DNA of 63,898 nt, filler included, from Collodictyon triciliatum (Eukaryota), in NCBI GenBank assembly GCA_043381765.1. It is 5 parts of 5 records of this genome, joined end to end, with 100 filler letters (N's around TTAATTAATTAA, not from the genome) between each part and the next. Parts side by side here need not be neighbours in the genome. Positions count along the whole stretch, not along the records: positions 33,291 to 49,810 come from JBHJMP010001541.1; positions 49,911 to 59,027 come from JBHJMP010001599.1; positions 59,128 to 63,898 come from JBHJMP010001616.1; 2 more parts are not named here. One strand, 5' to 3'. Shown piece after piece: positions 46,855 to 59,706 of this stretch (the first letter of the stretch is position 1; each line of letters opens with the position of its first letter). The position numbers and the translations under genes are program-made. The notes beneath the pieces are model-generated. The model did no database searches, was not told the DNA's origin, and was given only the letters and a program-made list of their open reading frames with translations.

Positions 46855-48340
46855 ATAAGATATAGATATATCAAGGGGTGAGAAATTACTCAGTAGACAA
46901 AGATGAAGATATAAATATCGATGCTGCCACATACCTTGATTGTAATAATGTCTCTCCTTGCAAGGTAATTAGGGGGTTTACTCTTCTTACCTTTGCCTCC
47001 TGGGACATCATCAGCAAGCATGCTGATAAGAGCAGCTCTCTCTGAGAAAACCTATGTTAAATAAAGACAGAAAATGAGAATTAACATAACCAATTAAAAT
47101 AATTACTAAAACATGTCCATAATTAATCTGAGTTGTAACCCATATTAGATATATGAATGTATATTCGTCACCCTAATGGCCTGAGGTATGGGAATCCTCA
47201 TACAAGCAGTATATTTGACCTGAAAGTTAAAAAAAAAATGATAATCTTAGAGTTGAAATTATGTATGGCTTTAGTTGTAAAAGAGAATACTAAAAAAGTT
47301 ACAAGAAAAAAAGGAAAGCAATTACTTTAGCTATAATAGTCTTGTGGTCATCGGCGCTGAGAAGTTGGGCTGTCCCTTCGTACATTCCCACTTTTTCAGC
47401 TAAGCATCTTAATGAAATGAAGCATCGACCAACAACAACAAAATCGGAACCCTTGTCAATTGTATAGCCAAAAGATATAATCCAAATTAAATGTCTTTTC
47501 TTGAGAAAATAGATGAATGCAAAATACCACGTTCCCAAATTATTGTTCTAAATTTACCCTAGCAATACAAATTTCCAGGGACACCTCTCCATCATATAAG
47601 TACTGAAGAAAGAAATCGTCAACCTTAACAACGTATTGTATTCCAAGGTCATAACGTGGTCTAAGACCTTCGACTACTGGTGTCATCTAAATGTTGATTA
47701 GATATTACTTTGGCTGTGCAATATAGTGCTGATTAAGAACCAAGTGAAGAATATATTTTAATACAAAGTTAGAATCCATCCATAATTTTAGAAAAATTAT
47801 CAATCGACCTGCGTGCCGTGCTCATAGAAATCAATTACGATAAAGGTTTTGACCCTCTCACTAAAGTAAGAATCCAATGCACGAAGTGAGCCATCCCGAA
47901 TGTGAATCTCGCACATATTTTCATCTATTGGCGGGTTGAATTGGTATTTATGGGGTACATGAAAGCCTAAAATAGTAATAATAAAAGTAAAAGTGAAATT
48001 AATATTTCCGTGCGCACCCTCCTCCAAAATGTTTTCGTCGTCCAAAATTCTCGCGTTTTTTTCTTTCAATTTTTTAGCATCCAGTTGTTGGTAGGCGACC
48101 TATATCATGTATTGAGGAAAGTTAAATAGTTTAAGGTGAGAGTGAAAATGAAAATAAAATGCAGAATCTTGAAACCAATAAACTGTTTCTAAATCTCAAA
48201 AAGAAAACAAATGAGAGAGAACAAAATGAACAGCTCTTACATCCTTGAATTTCTTTTCCAGAGATGTATATTTAGCCCTTTGTGAATCCAATAAACGAGC
48301 TGCGTTTATACCATATTATTTATGAATAAGGTATTATCAT

Positions 48341-48411
<71 letters not shown>

Positions 48412-49758
48412 CGTTAGGATTATGAACCAAATCTAGATAAAAATTGGAAAATATACCGCTTGTATCCTTCGCTTCTTGGTGTTCTTTTTCCATTCTGATT
48501 ATCTTTTCTTCAAGTTCGAAGCATTTATTTTTATAGCGCTGGGTTTCTTCCTATTTTTTTTTTTAAAAAAATAGTTATTAAAGTAACAATAAGAATGTAT
48601 TCATTAATCAAAGCTCAAAATAAAGGTGAAATGTAAAAAATTTAAACTCATAAGCTTTTATTTATTTTGAAAAGGCCTCTTAAGAAAGATGTATTGAACA
48701 TCGAATTATAAAAATAGTGTCAAATAAGAAAGAAAGTGGAGGCTATCATACCATCATCGTAAGCCTCAAAGAATGAAATTGATCACGTTCGGCCTCCAAA
48801 ATTTCCTTCTCATACTTTAATCTCTCGATTTCTCTTATTAACTAAAGTAAATATATCATCTATTATTATAATTATAATTATAACTGTTATAATTATTATT
48901 AATATTGTTATGTCTGTCGGTTTATTTTCTCAACGATAGAGAAAAGTAAGAAAAAAGTAAGAAAAAAGTAAGAAAAAAAAAAAAACAGAAGACCAACTGT
49001 CACCTCATTAATACGTTGAGCTTGCTTTGAAATTTGAGCTTCATTAGCAGATATTTGAGCAGCAAATTCGGGGTCTGAAGTATTCAATTTTCCGTCAATA
49101 CCCATGTACGACCGATCCGGAGCGCCATATTTCTTCGTTCGCAGATAAGCCAATGCCTCTCCAATCTCCCTGGGGTCAAAACCAGACCCTTTTCCATAAA
49201 AGTTTAGCTGGCTTTGCATGGACTCCATATCAACCTAAGCAACGATACAAATGACTTACAATGAATAAGATTTTATACAATCTATGCATACATCAAGTAT
49301 GATTTTTATATGATTAAAATTTCGCGCATATATTGATAATATTTAGTGACCTTCATTCGGTCCAGTTCCTGCGAAAGAGCAGCCTTTTCCTCCAAAACAG
49401 ATCCAATTTTAACTAAAAATTATTTCATTACGGTTATTATATGTTTGTATATTCTAGGCGATGGTGTGTGAGGGGGGTGTCCTTCAGTCCTTTGTTGTTC
49501 CTTGATTACAGCTCTCCATTCAATTTATTTGATTTTTCTCTTTTTTAACACCCTCTTCCAAGAAAACAAAAAACAAAAAACAAAAAACAAAAAACAAAAA
49601 ACAAAAAACCTTTGTAGGGATAAATATATTACGCAATACATACCGTCTTGTTGAGCAAGTCTACTTTTGAGGTCGATAATTTCTCTATTAAGGCTTTGGT
49701 TTTCCTTCTCAACCTCCTCCTTCTTTCTCTTGAATTCATCGCGCTGTTTTCTCAATTC
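44887..49758 (-). CDS. RPGRIP1L: RPGRIP1L/fantom (MKS5) ciliary transition-zone protein; coiled coils plus C2 domains; 5' truncated, 3' end beyond the gap unresolved
   Basis: IGEALAYLRTKK; ARLLDSQRAKYTSLEKKFKD|VAY; DENMCEIHI...TFIVIDFYEHGTQ|MTPVVEGLRPRYDLGIQYVVKVDDFFLQYL...MRIPIPQAIR|VFSERA; second C2 PFVHYTFFDE...SPVFNDSYDFPI...FFVFDDND...YLGIASVPL; C-terminal FVGYEFLNLSFAELET. The order matches RPGRIP1L as I recall it. Confidence 0.88.
45843..45926. repeat. (GAAACAAA)n intronic microsatellite
   Basis: Visible directly in the sequence. Confidence 0.9.
48342..48411. repeat. (TAA)n intronic microsatellite
   Basis: Visible directly in the sequence. Confidence 0.9.
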
Positions 49759-49768
49759 CTTTTTTATT

Positions 49769-49804
<36 letters not shown>

Positions 49805-49810
49805 ACAAAA

Positions 49811-49910
49811 NNNNNNNNNNNNNNNNNNNNNNNNNNNNNNNNNNNNNNNNNNNNTTAATTAATTAANNNNNNNNNNNNNNNNNNNNNNNNNNNNNNNNNN
49901 NNNNNNNNNN
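49811..49910. other. Artificial scaffold-joining linker
   Basis: N44-TTAATTAATTAA-N44. Confidence 0.97.
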
Positions 49911-50099
49911 CATTAAATAAAAAAAAACTTTGAAGACATTTTCCAAGGCATTTTTTAATATTTTTTATTTTTTTTTATTTCTTTTTTTTTTTTTTTTTGC
50001 GCATCGAGTTCACACATTTTGATGTCTTTTTTTTCTCCCAGTGAAGCACCACTTCCGGTTCCTAAACCTTGGAATGTAAAGGTTAACCTACCTGATGAC

Positions 50100-53000
50100 A
50101 TGGATGAAAGCAAATTTCCATCTACAGATACAACGCCACCCGGAATCAAAAAAGTTTTTCATTTTAACCTTTTATTATGATTTATCCTTGAGCATGATAA
50201 CAAATATATAAACTAACTGCAGACTCCAACGATTGTACCCACCTTAAATCAAGAATTTTAAATATAGCCACCTTCGCCTTCTCTGGTACGCTTTGAAAAA
50301 CGACAGACAAAGATCATCCGCTGCTTTGATGACGAAGAGATAAGTCATAGAAGGTACCTGATTTTACCCAATAGTGCTCGTTGTTTATGTTTGATTTTAA
50401 CATCCCACTGTTAATAATAACTAAATAAACCTGATTTAGTGCCCTTAGTCAAGAAAAGCATAGTTTGTGGGATAGCCGAGGAGATTTTGAGCAAGAGCCA
50501 GTTCTAGAAGATATCGAGAATTATGAAAATGAAGAGCTGAACGAGGCCCCACTTTCTCCATATCAGATACAATACGGTGAAGATTCGTGTAAGAAATGGT
50601 TGGAAAGCGATGAAGAGAACGAACAGATTCGATTCCAACCTCAACCTGCACCAACATTTGCTTTCAAAAAACAACCTTCTTTAATTGAACCACCTACAGT
50701 TGAACAAAATACAACTGTTTTCTATAAAAGGTATAAAAATCTGGATGTATTCACATTCCAGTTTTCTCTTTTGTTGATGTCGCCCAGGTTGTTAATTTAC
50801 TTTAATTATACTCTAGACCGTCTTCGTATCTTTCAAGAATCAATATACCTTCGTATATTCCAAGACATGAGAAGGTATATGCTTTACAAAATATTCAATT
50901 TCAGCAGGGCAATTTTTATCATTATTTTTTTTAGCATAGTGTTTTTGTGATTTTTTTGAAATGCACACGACGTCGATGGATAAGCATAGTCATCCATTTT
51001 AAGACCAATTATATTATGCATTTTCATGTAGGAGTTTAAAAAGGTAGAAATAGATGGTCAAATACAGGTCGTTTCCTTTCTCACTCACCGCAATTTTTTG
51101 AAACATAAAGACTCTGCCTTTTCTTTTTTCTTTTCTTATTTATAATACATATATGCATATTTCGATCTACGATATGAATTTGCTAATGGGGGATATTTTA
51201 GATATCTAATTCACAAGAGAGGGTGGGCGTTGGTGAATCCTCTCATATTGAGGATACTACGCAAGCACATTCAAATGTGTCAGGAGTGACAAATATGGAT
51301 GCGACCAGTAACGAGCCACACATTTTCTATGATGACAGAAATTCTGAAGAAAGTCAAAGAAATCCCCTTCAACATTCTGATTTTTATCCAAAATACCAAT
51401 TTGAAAGTCAAGCAACAAATATAGAGCCTTGCGATAGTGTGAATAGAAACTCATCAGGAGACGAACCAGCTTCAATATCATATACAGTGATAATTGATTC
51501 CACAACAAGGCCCAAAGACTCATCGATTCTAGACCATAAGAAAACAACCGAGCCCAATAAGCTAATATCGCATTCATCGACCAATTTATTGGAATGCAAT
51601 AAAGACTCGCCAGATAATGCAGTAAAAGACATTTGTTATATTCAACCATATTACCCAAACACGAGGCATCAACAGCATGAAGATAGTCGTGGACTAGATA
51701 ATGACCAAGTAACTCACACCTCAACATTTTGCATTTAAATAAGCTGCATACTCCCTTCGTCTATTATATTTTTTCAGTTTTCTTCTAATTTTTTTTAAAA
51801 TTTTTATTCTCTTGGGCATTTAATTTTCTCTTGTTCTTTATATTAAAATTGCAGTTATTGAATAACGGTTCACTACATAAGCAAATATCCCACAACGCGG
51901 AATTGAACTACTTCGGTAGTGAGCAAGATATTGTTGACCCAGTAGAAGCAAATTCAATAATTGCTCATATGACCGAAGATACTGCCGTACAATCCCATCT
52001 CGAACCAAATATGAATGGAGATATTAGTTTCCAATCAACTAGCCTTCTCAATTTCATGGACGACGCTCCAGATTGGAGTGAACTACACAAGTATCTGTCT
52101 TGATGAATTATTGTGATTTGTATCATAAACATTATGTATCATTACTAATTGTATAGACAAACACTTATCTTGAAAGTGTAATTTAGTGTAAAAATACTAA
52201 AAACAGCAATAATAAATATAAACGATAGCCGTTTGTCTGCAATCGAACAAGAAAAAGAAATCCTATGTCAAAATGTCCGATACCCATCTGAACTTTTGCC
52301 GCTCGCTAATGACCCAGCGTATTCTGAGCACCCAAAGTGGATAGAATCATTAAAGTAATAGAGTTTTCCACTTATTCATTCGACATAATAGTCATAAGTC
52401 TCCTATACACTAAATAAACAATATTTTAAATACTATTGAATGGTTTCGAAATAGAGAGGCTTTGGGAGCAAAGAATTCGAAGCTCCTTGAAAGACATGAA
52501 TCGGCGACAGTAAGTCCTAAGAGATTATGGAATACTTCTATAGTTCCTCATTATGACAAAGTACCAATTTTTTTAAAGTATTCGCAAATTTTTTAATAAT
52601 GAACAACGTGATTTTAAAATAGGTGCTTACTGGGGCACAAAATATTTCAAGCTCAAATAGACAGTCACATGTGATATCTGTTTTAAAGGAACGTGTATGT
52701 TTGCTATATTTTGTACATATTGTAACATGATAGGCCGGTTTTTTTTTTGTTTTTACCTGTGGAAAATACAGGAACAGGAAATCGAGCAAGAGAGGATTTC
52801 TAGGAGAATCAATGCATTATCTTTTATACGTAATGGTTTGGCTCAGAACGAAACGTCGCAGAATGAGACCATGAATCATTTTATGTAAGGACACTAACTA
52901 CTATATACCAAATATCATTTCAAAACTCTATCTAAAATGATTCTTAATGGATCTAAAGTAGTAGAGTTGATAGCTCAGAGAGCGCCAATAAAACAGGTAT

Positions 53001-53731
53001 GTATCACTTGATGGAAAAGAAACACATAAATATATGGATAGGAGCAATCAGAGCTCATGAATTAAAGCAAAATAATGCAACAGTGCCTTGAAAATACTAA
53101 TTATATACTTGCAAACCTTTTGGTTTAAAATTTATTCAGAACCGACTGAATCACTGTCAATATCGTCATTAAATCATGAAAAAGAGATTTCATCGGTTCT
53201 CTCTAATTACCAATTGACATCAAAAGAATCAGGTATAAAAAATTCACTTGCTCTTTGAGTGTTGTGAGTTGATAATTTAATGAAAGTAATTAAGCTTGCA
53301 ATTCTTTTTCATTCTTCTAATTTTTTTGATAGACGCGTCTACAGATACATCCCAGTTGTCATTTCAATCCTTACATCGTCGCACAGCTGAAATAAGAGAT
53401 AATGGTGCGTGGAATTTTATCTTTTTTTTTTGCATTTTTTTACTGTATATATATCATATCATAATATAGAGAAGTATGAAACAAAATTAACCTTTACTTT
53501 TTTAAAATAGAGCAAAGTCATTCAGATAATAAGAGCAGATATAGCTTAAGTAAGTTTCCTCTGTATTATCTCCACAAAGCAAGAAGACACCACCATTTAA
53601 CATGTTTTCCCCCCTCAAGATCAAAGCTCCATAAGTTCACTTACGACGAAGCTTGACGAAAGAGGAAAATTGCCACATTTTCAAAGGACACCATCAGATA
53701 AAAGTGAAAAGACTTTGACAAGCTCGAGTTT

Positions 53732-53796
<65 letters not shown>

Positions 53797-55388
53797 TTTC
53801 TTGGTCAGCTTCCAATAAGGAAACAAGATTTGGCAACACAGATACATTCTATTTCCAACATTCAGAAGAAAACGAACCACCAAACCCAAAATCTAAACAT
53901 ATTACAAATATTGACACATCTTCAAAACCTAATGGGGGTTCAGTGCCTAAACTAATGTCTTCAGTGCCCAAGATGACCCCAATAACAAATATTACAAAAA
54001 CTCAAGCGAATGATGATCTTTTGTCGCATTCATCTTTCGCATCAGAATCAAGTGTTCGGAGGGAAAAAATACTAGATGGACATAAACAATTCCAGGGCAA
54101 AAAAATAAAAAGTGAAGAACGTGTCAGTTCTCCTTTGTCATCAAGTCAAATATCCTTTACTTCTTCACAAAGGCAATATGAAGCTCGAGTGATATCATCC
54201 CCTCGTTCGAGTATTTCCCAATATCCCCTGTCTGAACGCCTGGACATCTACTATGATGAACATACTACCTCTTCTGCTTTTGGAAAATATCATGATTCAA
54301 TGTCAGAAGACTCTTCATTCAGCTATCAAGGCCCACTAAAGCCAATCAAATTTGACATCAGCGTCAAAATTCGAGACGTATACTTTTTCTATTTTTTAAT
54401 TTTTCCTTCTTCTTATCTCAAGTGACATACACACCTCAAAATGCCTCTAATCTAGCATTAACCCTGTTATTCTCTTCGGTCCATTAGAATCAACGCTCAA
54501 ATACATCGCCAAATCACACTTTGGGTGATAGCGTTTCTCTTCAAGAAATGTTCAAGTCAAGGAAAGGAGATATGATTGATAAAATTACCACAAGAAAATT
54601 GAATAGACAAGCCATTCCTGCCACAGAAAAGGTTTTTTTTCTTGCTTCTAACTTACAAATATGAAATTCCTATTCAAGGCGACTATTTCTGACGTCAATT
54701 ATATGAAAAATCTGATTAAATTGAAATAATATGTGGTTATAAGGCTGCCAGTTCGAATGGAAAACGTGCAATAGCGTCTCTACGAAGTTGTTGGACCATA
54801 TACATATATATTTTTCATAAATTAACTTGATGTTTTTTCCCGGTATCATGACATTCAAATAAGGTGTAACGCCGTCATATTCTTGTTTTGGCCAATAGTA
54901 GGTTCTTCTGCTGGTCAACATAGACACTCAGCTCCTCAATCCTCACCGCGCCATCTCAGCTCCTCGATTCCATCTAAGGTCGACATGAAGGAGGCTAGAC
55001 AGCTCACGGAGAAGAACTATCGAAAGTTACCTGGTAGAAATATTTGAATAATACACATTTCTTACCAAATTTAAGATTTATAGCTCTATCTCCGGAACAC
55101 GATAAAATTTTTCACTCTGAAAATTCACAACACTAAATCAATACAGAGGTTCAGAGACGAATGAATGAGCTCAACAAAAAGAATGATTTTGTTGCAAGAA
55201 GAGAACTAGCTAGGAAGATGGATGCAGTAAAAATTTTCTCCAAATCTTTTAAAAAAAGACTTCTGCTGTCTAGTATTCCAGCTGCGATTTTCCTTCTCCA
55301 ATAATATCTTTTTGTTTGTATTTTAAGACATTGTTTCCTTTGAATGCTTTAGGAGCGCCGAGATAAACTTTTCGAGAAGAAATGGTGA
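50100..55388 (+). CDS. Large, probably disordered Ser-rich protein with a C-terminal ALMS motif (ALMS1/CEP295/FATS family), multi-exon; internal exons only partly traced
   Basis: The C-terminus DSVSLQEMFKSRKGDMIDKITTRKLNR...DMKEARQLTEKNYRKLP|EVQRRMNELNKKNDFVARRELARKMDA|ERRDKLFEKKW-TGA resembles the ALMS motif (LQEA...RIYENLPEVQKK). Start MDESKFPSTD at 50100. A (TCA)n run at 53732-53794 encodes poly-Ser. Confidence 0.7.
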
Positions 55389-56393
55389 TTTGACTCATTT
55401 TTGACCACTCACTTTATTTTGACCGATATATGAAATCTGTGTGTTGAATAAACAGAAGAAACAGCTTGCGCCTATATGAGTACCATGCTTTTGTGTCATT
55501 GTCATTCACATATGCAGCTCTTGCCTTCCGAATTTTACTACCAGTGTCAGAAGATGTGCCTTAATTCACTCGCTTTCAACCCGCTGATTCATAAAAGCGA
55601 CTGGTTTAGTACCTTTCGCCCAAACAAAAAGCGCATTTTTTTTTTGATTGCAAATCCCGCCACGGTTTCTGTCTATTACTTTTCACGCGAGATTGAGTTC
55701 ATGTGCCCGATATATCTATTCCATGGAGCACTCAAAGTAAAAATTCAGCATTGGCTGAGAAATAATGGTAGGTATAGTTGTATGCCCTGCAACACTATCA
55801 TTTCTCATTATCATCTATCGGCTGGAATTAAAACTGTCTGAAAGTTTTGGGATTATGGAGGCAACTCGTGTCTTGCGTATCCCCACTTTCATGAGCTCAG
55901 CTCCTCACTGCGGTAAATTGACATCAGACGCGTCAGAGGGATAAAAGCATAATCTGCGCCCACTTATGACTTGCTAGAATATCATTCTTTTTATTTTATT
56001 TATCATTAAAAGTCAAATATGGGCGGTTGTATCTCTGTGCGCACTTACCTCTATAAGATTAGGTTTAATATTCTTTAAGCCTGTTGTTTGGCACAATTAT
56101 AAGTGACCCACATTAGCAATCAACTCCAAGCTCTGTATATGATTTGTTTATTACGTTGAAAGGCATCGATAAAAATCAACGCGTTCCAAAAACTTGTTTC
56201 TTCCAGTGTCTTCGGGTGGCTAAACTTGATGATGTCACTCTACTTGCAGACAATAAATCTAAATCGAGTTCAGGAGAAAAAAATCATGTCGTATATACAG
56301 AAAGATATTTAGGATATCGTGCCTTTTCATAGAATAAATTTAAGTGTTTTCCAGGTGTATGCTTTGTGGAGAAATTAGAATCTAAAATGAGAC

Positions 56394-58876
56394 CCTATTA
56401 TTCGATATATCGAGGCTCTCCAACCAAGTCATAAGAAATAAACAACCAGGGAATTTGGTAATCTAATTGTGATGAAGAAGAGTTAATTATCAAAGTGCCT
56501 TTTCCAGTAAATGTGATTTTTCTTTGCATACCCTGTTCTTTCGTAAGTTCAGTTTCCTCAAATGCAAGAGAGTGCTAAATGATTCTGGTAGTTCATGAAT
56601 CTAGAGACAATAAAAGTTTTTTTTTAGACATCAAACTGTACATTATCTGCACAGGATAATCTAAAACGTGCCTGGTTCATAGAAATATCAATGGATTGGA
56701 GATATAACCAGTCTCCCATAAGTTGGGAGATATCATATATTGATTCCGATGCATAAATCATCTCATATAATTGCAAATTTTTGAGTGCGTCTGTGTAATT
56801 CATTGTGGCACCCCATCCGGTGAATTTCGAAGCGTTATTCCAACAAGGCAGAGCTGTAATATCTTCAGGGGCTCTCTCCAAAAATATGAAGCCATGATAT
56901 TCGATGCACATTTCTTTCAAGTTTTTCAAAAGTGACACTCCTTGAGGAAGAAAGTTGATCTTTTTTCCAATTGTTATACATTAGTATTACATACTTATAT
57001 ATCTATTGGTGTTTCATATATCTTAATATATACCGGATTCATTTGGATTTGCAAGTTTGACAATCTCTCCAGAGTGGAGATGCCTTTAGGAAGACGTGAA
57101 ACATTATTGTATCCTAGGTTGAGTTCTCTTAATTTCGTTAGGTGTGATATTTGTTCAGGCATAAATGATGTTTTGTTGCGGGAGTAGTTTAGATAGGTAA
57201 GGTCAGTCAACTTGGACAATCCTTGGGGCAACGTAGTCAGTAAATTTTGCGATATATCGAGTGAAACGATCCAATCCATCGCACATAGTGATTCAGGCAG
57301 AACAGACAACTGTGTTAAAATAAAATAACAAAACAAGAAATGGTCAGAATGCATGGGGGAGGCTCAAGAAGATTGAAAAGTGCTTACTTTGTTGTCGTAG
57401 AAACTGATTGTTTTGTACTGGTTGGGCCAAAATTCTAATACATATGGGACTTCATCCATCTGTTTGGAGACAAATATAAACTCATCGCTTATCAAGTCCA
57501 GGCTGTTGAGAAACGATTGCGTTTCCATACAAAAATCATTATTTCTAAGGTTAAGGGTTCGAAGGGCAGACATGCAGCGCAAATCAGGGAGAATGCTAAT
57601 CTGCAAGGGTGTTCAAGGGTTAGGATAAAAATCATACCAAATACAGGGTATTAATATTATACAAACATGATTGTGAGAAAGGTCCAGTTCTTCCAACCAA
57701 GTCATCATTAATAGGCAGCTAGGAAAATACGACATCTAATGTTTTCAGTTTTTTTTTCTGTTGAGATAATACTTCTAAATAAACGTGTGTATTTAATATC
57801 TATGGATGAAGCTAATTTTTTTCAAATAAAATACATCGTTTTTGCTCAAATTCAAGCCTTTTAACTTGGAGCAAAGGGTGATGCCTTCAGGTAGCGCATA
57901 GATCTGTTAAATTATAAAATATTTTAATGGATAATATGATGTAATATCATTGTCGTTATAAAAATCTACCTGATTTGAGCTAAAGTCTACTGATTCAAAA
58001 GTATGAATGTGCTCCAATATATGTGTTATATCTTTCAAGTTTTCACTCGAATAAATTTTATCAAAGAGGTGTAAGTGTTTCAGTGCATCTGCTATGCTCA
58101 TCGTCATCCACTTCCAAGGTTTCTTCGTATTCGTCCAACATGGGAGTGATTTTAATGCCTTTGGACCTCGTTTTAACATAATCCTTCCGCCAAGCTCTAT
58201 GAACAGATTCTCCAAGCACGTGAGAGCTGAAATCCCGTTTGGCAAAGACTCTAACTGCGATACACAAATCAGCCACGATAAATGAAATCTTATTGGGTAT
58301 TGGAAAGCGCGCCACTTAAGAAAAATGAAGGTTTTAGAGGAAGAGGGTAAATACTTTTCATGTCTGCGTGGCACTTACTGGATTATGGAATATGTTCAAG
58401 GTAGATAACTGAACCATGGAAAATATTACTGTTGGAAACGACAAGAAATTGTTGTGATTTATATAGAGCTGTTGCAGGTTTGTCAGGACTGACAGCCCCG
58501 CAGGTAAAGAAGCCAAGCCGTTATTGTTGAGGTCGAGTTCCACCAAGTTACAAAGACACGAAATACCGTCATCTAGCTCCGTGATGCTGTTTTGATTCAG
58601 GTCGAGCCATGTCAGGGTAGTTAAAACAGAAAGCTGCATTGGGCTGCGCTTCAACAGGTTTTGGCTGAGGTAGAGTTTCTGCAAGCATGAGAGAAGAGTA
58701 ATACCGTGGTGAACACCATCCAAGTGCTGCCTGGACAAGTCCAAACACGTGGACCCGTGCAAAGTTCTATCACCACCTTTGTAGTTGCGTGGTGGCACAG
58801 TTTTTTCAAACTCCCACAGGGCCTGCCTCTGCGTTTCATCCAGCACCGGCTTTGCTTTGTCGGCAGTGTTACCCAT
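56394..58876 (-). CDS. Leucine-rich-repeat protein (about 23-aa LxxLxLxxNxLxxLP units) with a duplicated non-LRR insert; 3' end unresolved
   Basis: MGNTADKAKP...LQKLYLSQNLL...LTWLDLNQNSITELDDG...LVELDLNNNGLASLPAG; at least 9 exons separated by phase-0 introns located after the N-x of an LRR unit. Confidence 0.88.
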
Positions 58877-59027
58877 TCCAGTGTTTTCCGAAGGGGTGTG
58901 TCGGTTGTTTGTCTCTCTTCGCCTGTTATTCCTACTAATTCTCGGCCTGTTTATAGTCCCTTCTCTTTTCTTTTTCTTTTTTGGCTCTATTCTACTTTTA
59001 TTTTATTTTGTTTTTGTTTCGTTTTTG

Positions 59028-59127
59028 NNNNNNNNNNNNNNNNNNNNNNNNNNNNNNNNNNNNNNNNNNNNTTAATTAATTAANNNNNNNNNNNNNNNNN
59101 NNNNNNNNNNNNNNNNNNNNNNNNNNN
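59028..59127. other. Artificial scaffold-joining linker
   Basis: N44-TTAATTAATTAA-N44. Confidence 0.97.
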
Positions 59128-59330
59128 ATAAAATACAATAAAATACAATAAAATACAATAAAATACAATAAAATACAATAAAATACAATAAAATACAATA
59201 AAATACAATAAAAATACAATAAAAATACAATAAAAATACAATAAAAATACAATAAAAATACAATAAATATACAATAAAAATACAACAAAAATACAACAAA
59301 AATACAACAAAAATACAATAAAAAACAATA
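59128..59330. repeat. (AATACAATAA)n 10/11-mer minisatellite at scaffold start
   Basis: Visible directly in the sequence. Confidence 0.9.
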
Positions 59331-59706
59331 AAAGAAAAAACAATAAAAAAAAAGTCGGGCTGTCTCCTTCCTTTCTCATCCTCACTTTTACCCACCCATG
59401 ATCTAATTCTCCTTTTTATCATGTCCAATTCTCGTATCGCATTTTCATATTCGTTTTTTTTCTTCTTTCATTTCTTTGACACATGCTTTTGCCACGGATA
59501 ACATAACACATCATGCATTCATCCACACATACATATACATATACATATGCATATCCTGCTCGCAATGACAGGAGCATCCACACCAAAAACAAACACAGCA
59601 GCCACCAACCCACTCGCCAAACCGCGCCCCTTCTTCCTCCGCTTCGATCCCACCGCGTCCTCTCTGCTCTTCACTGGGCCGCCCTTCCAGTCCCAAAGAT
59701 TCGCAC

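Noticed and set aside
58856..58876. N-myristoylation signal on the LRR protein (MGNTADK)
   Set aside because: Gly2 is present but Asp at position 6 is unfavourable; not supportable without a predictor.
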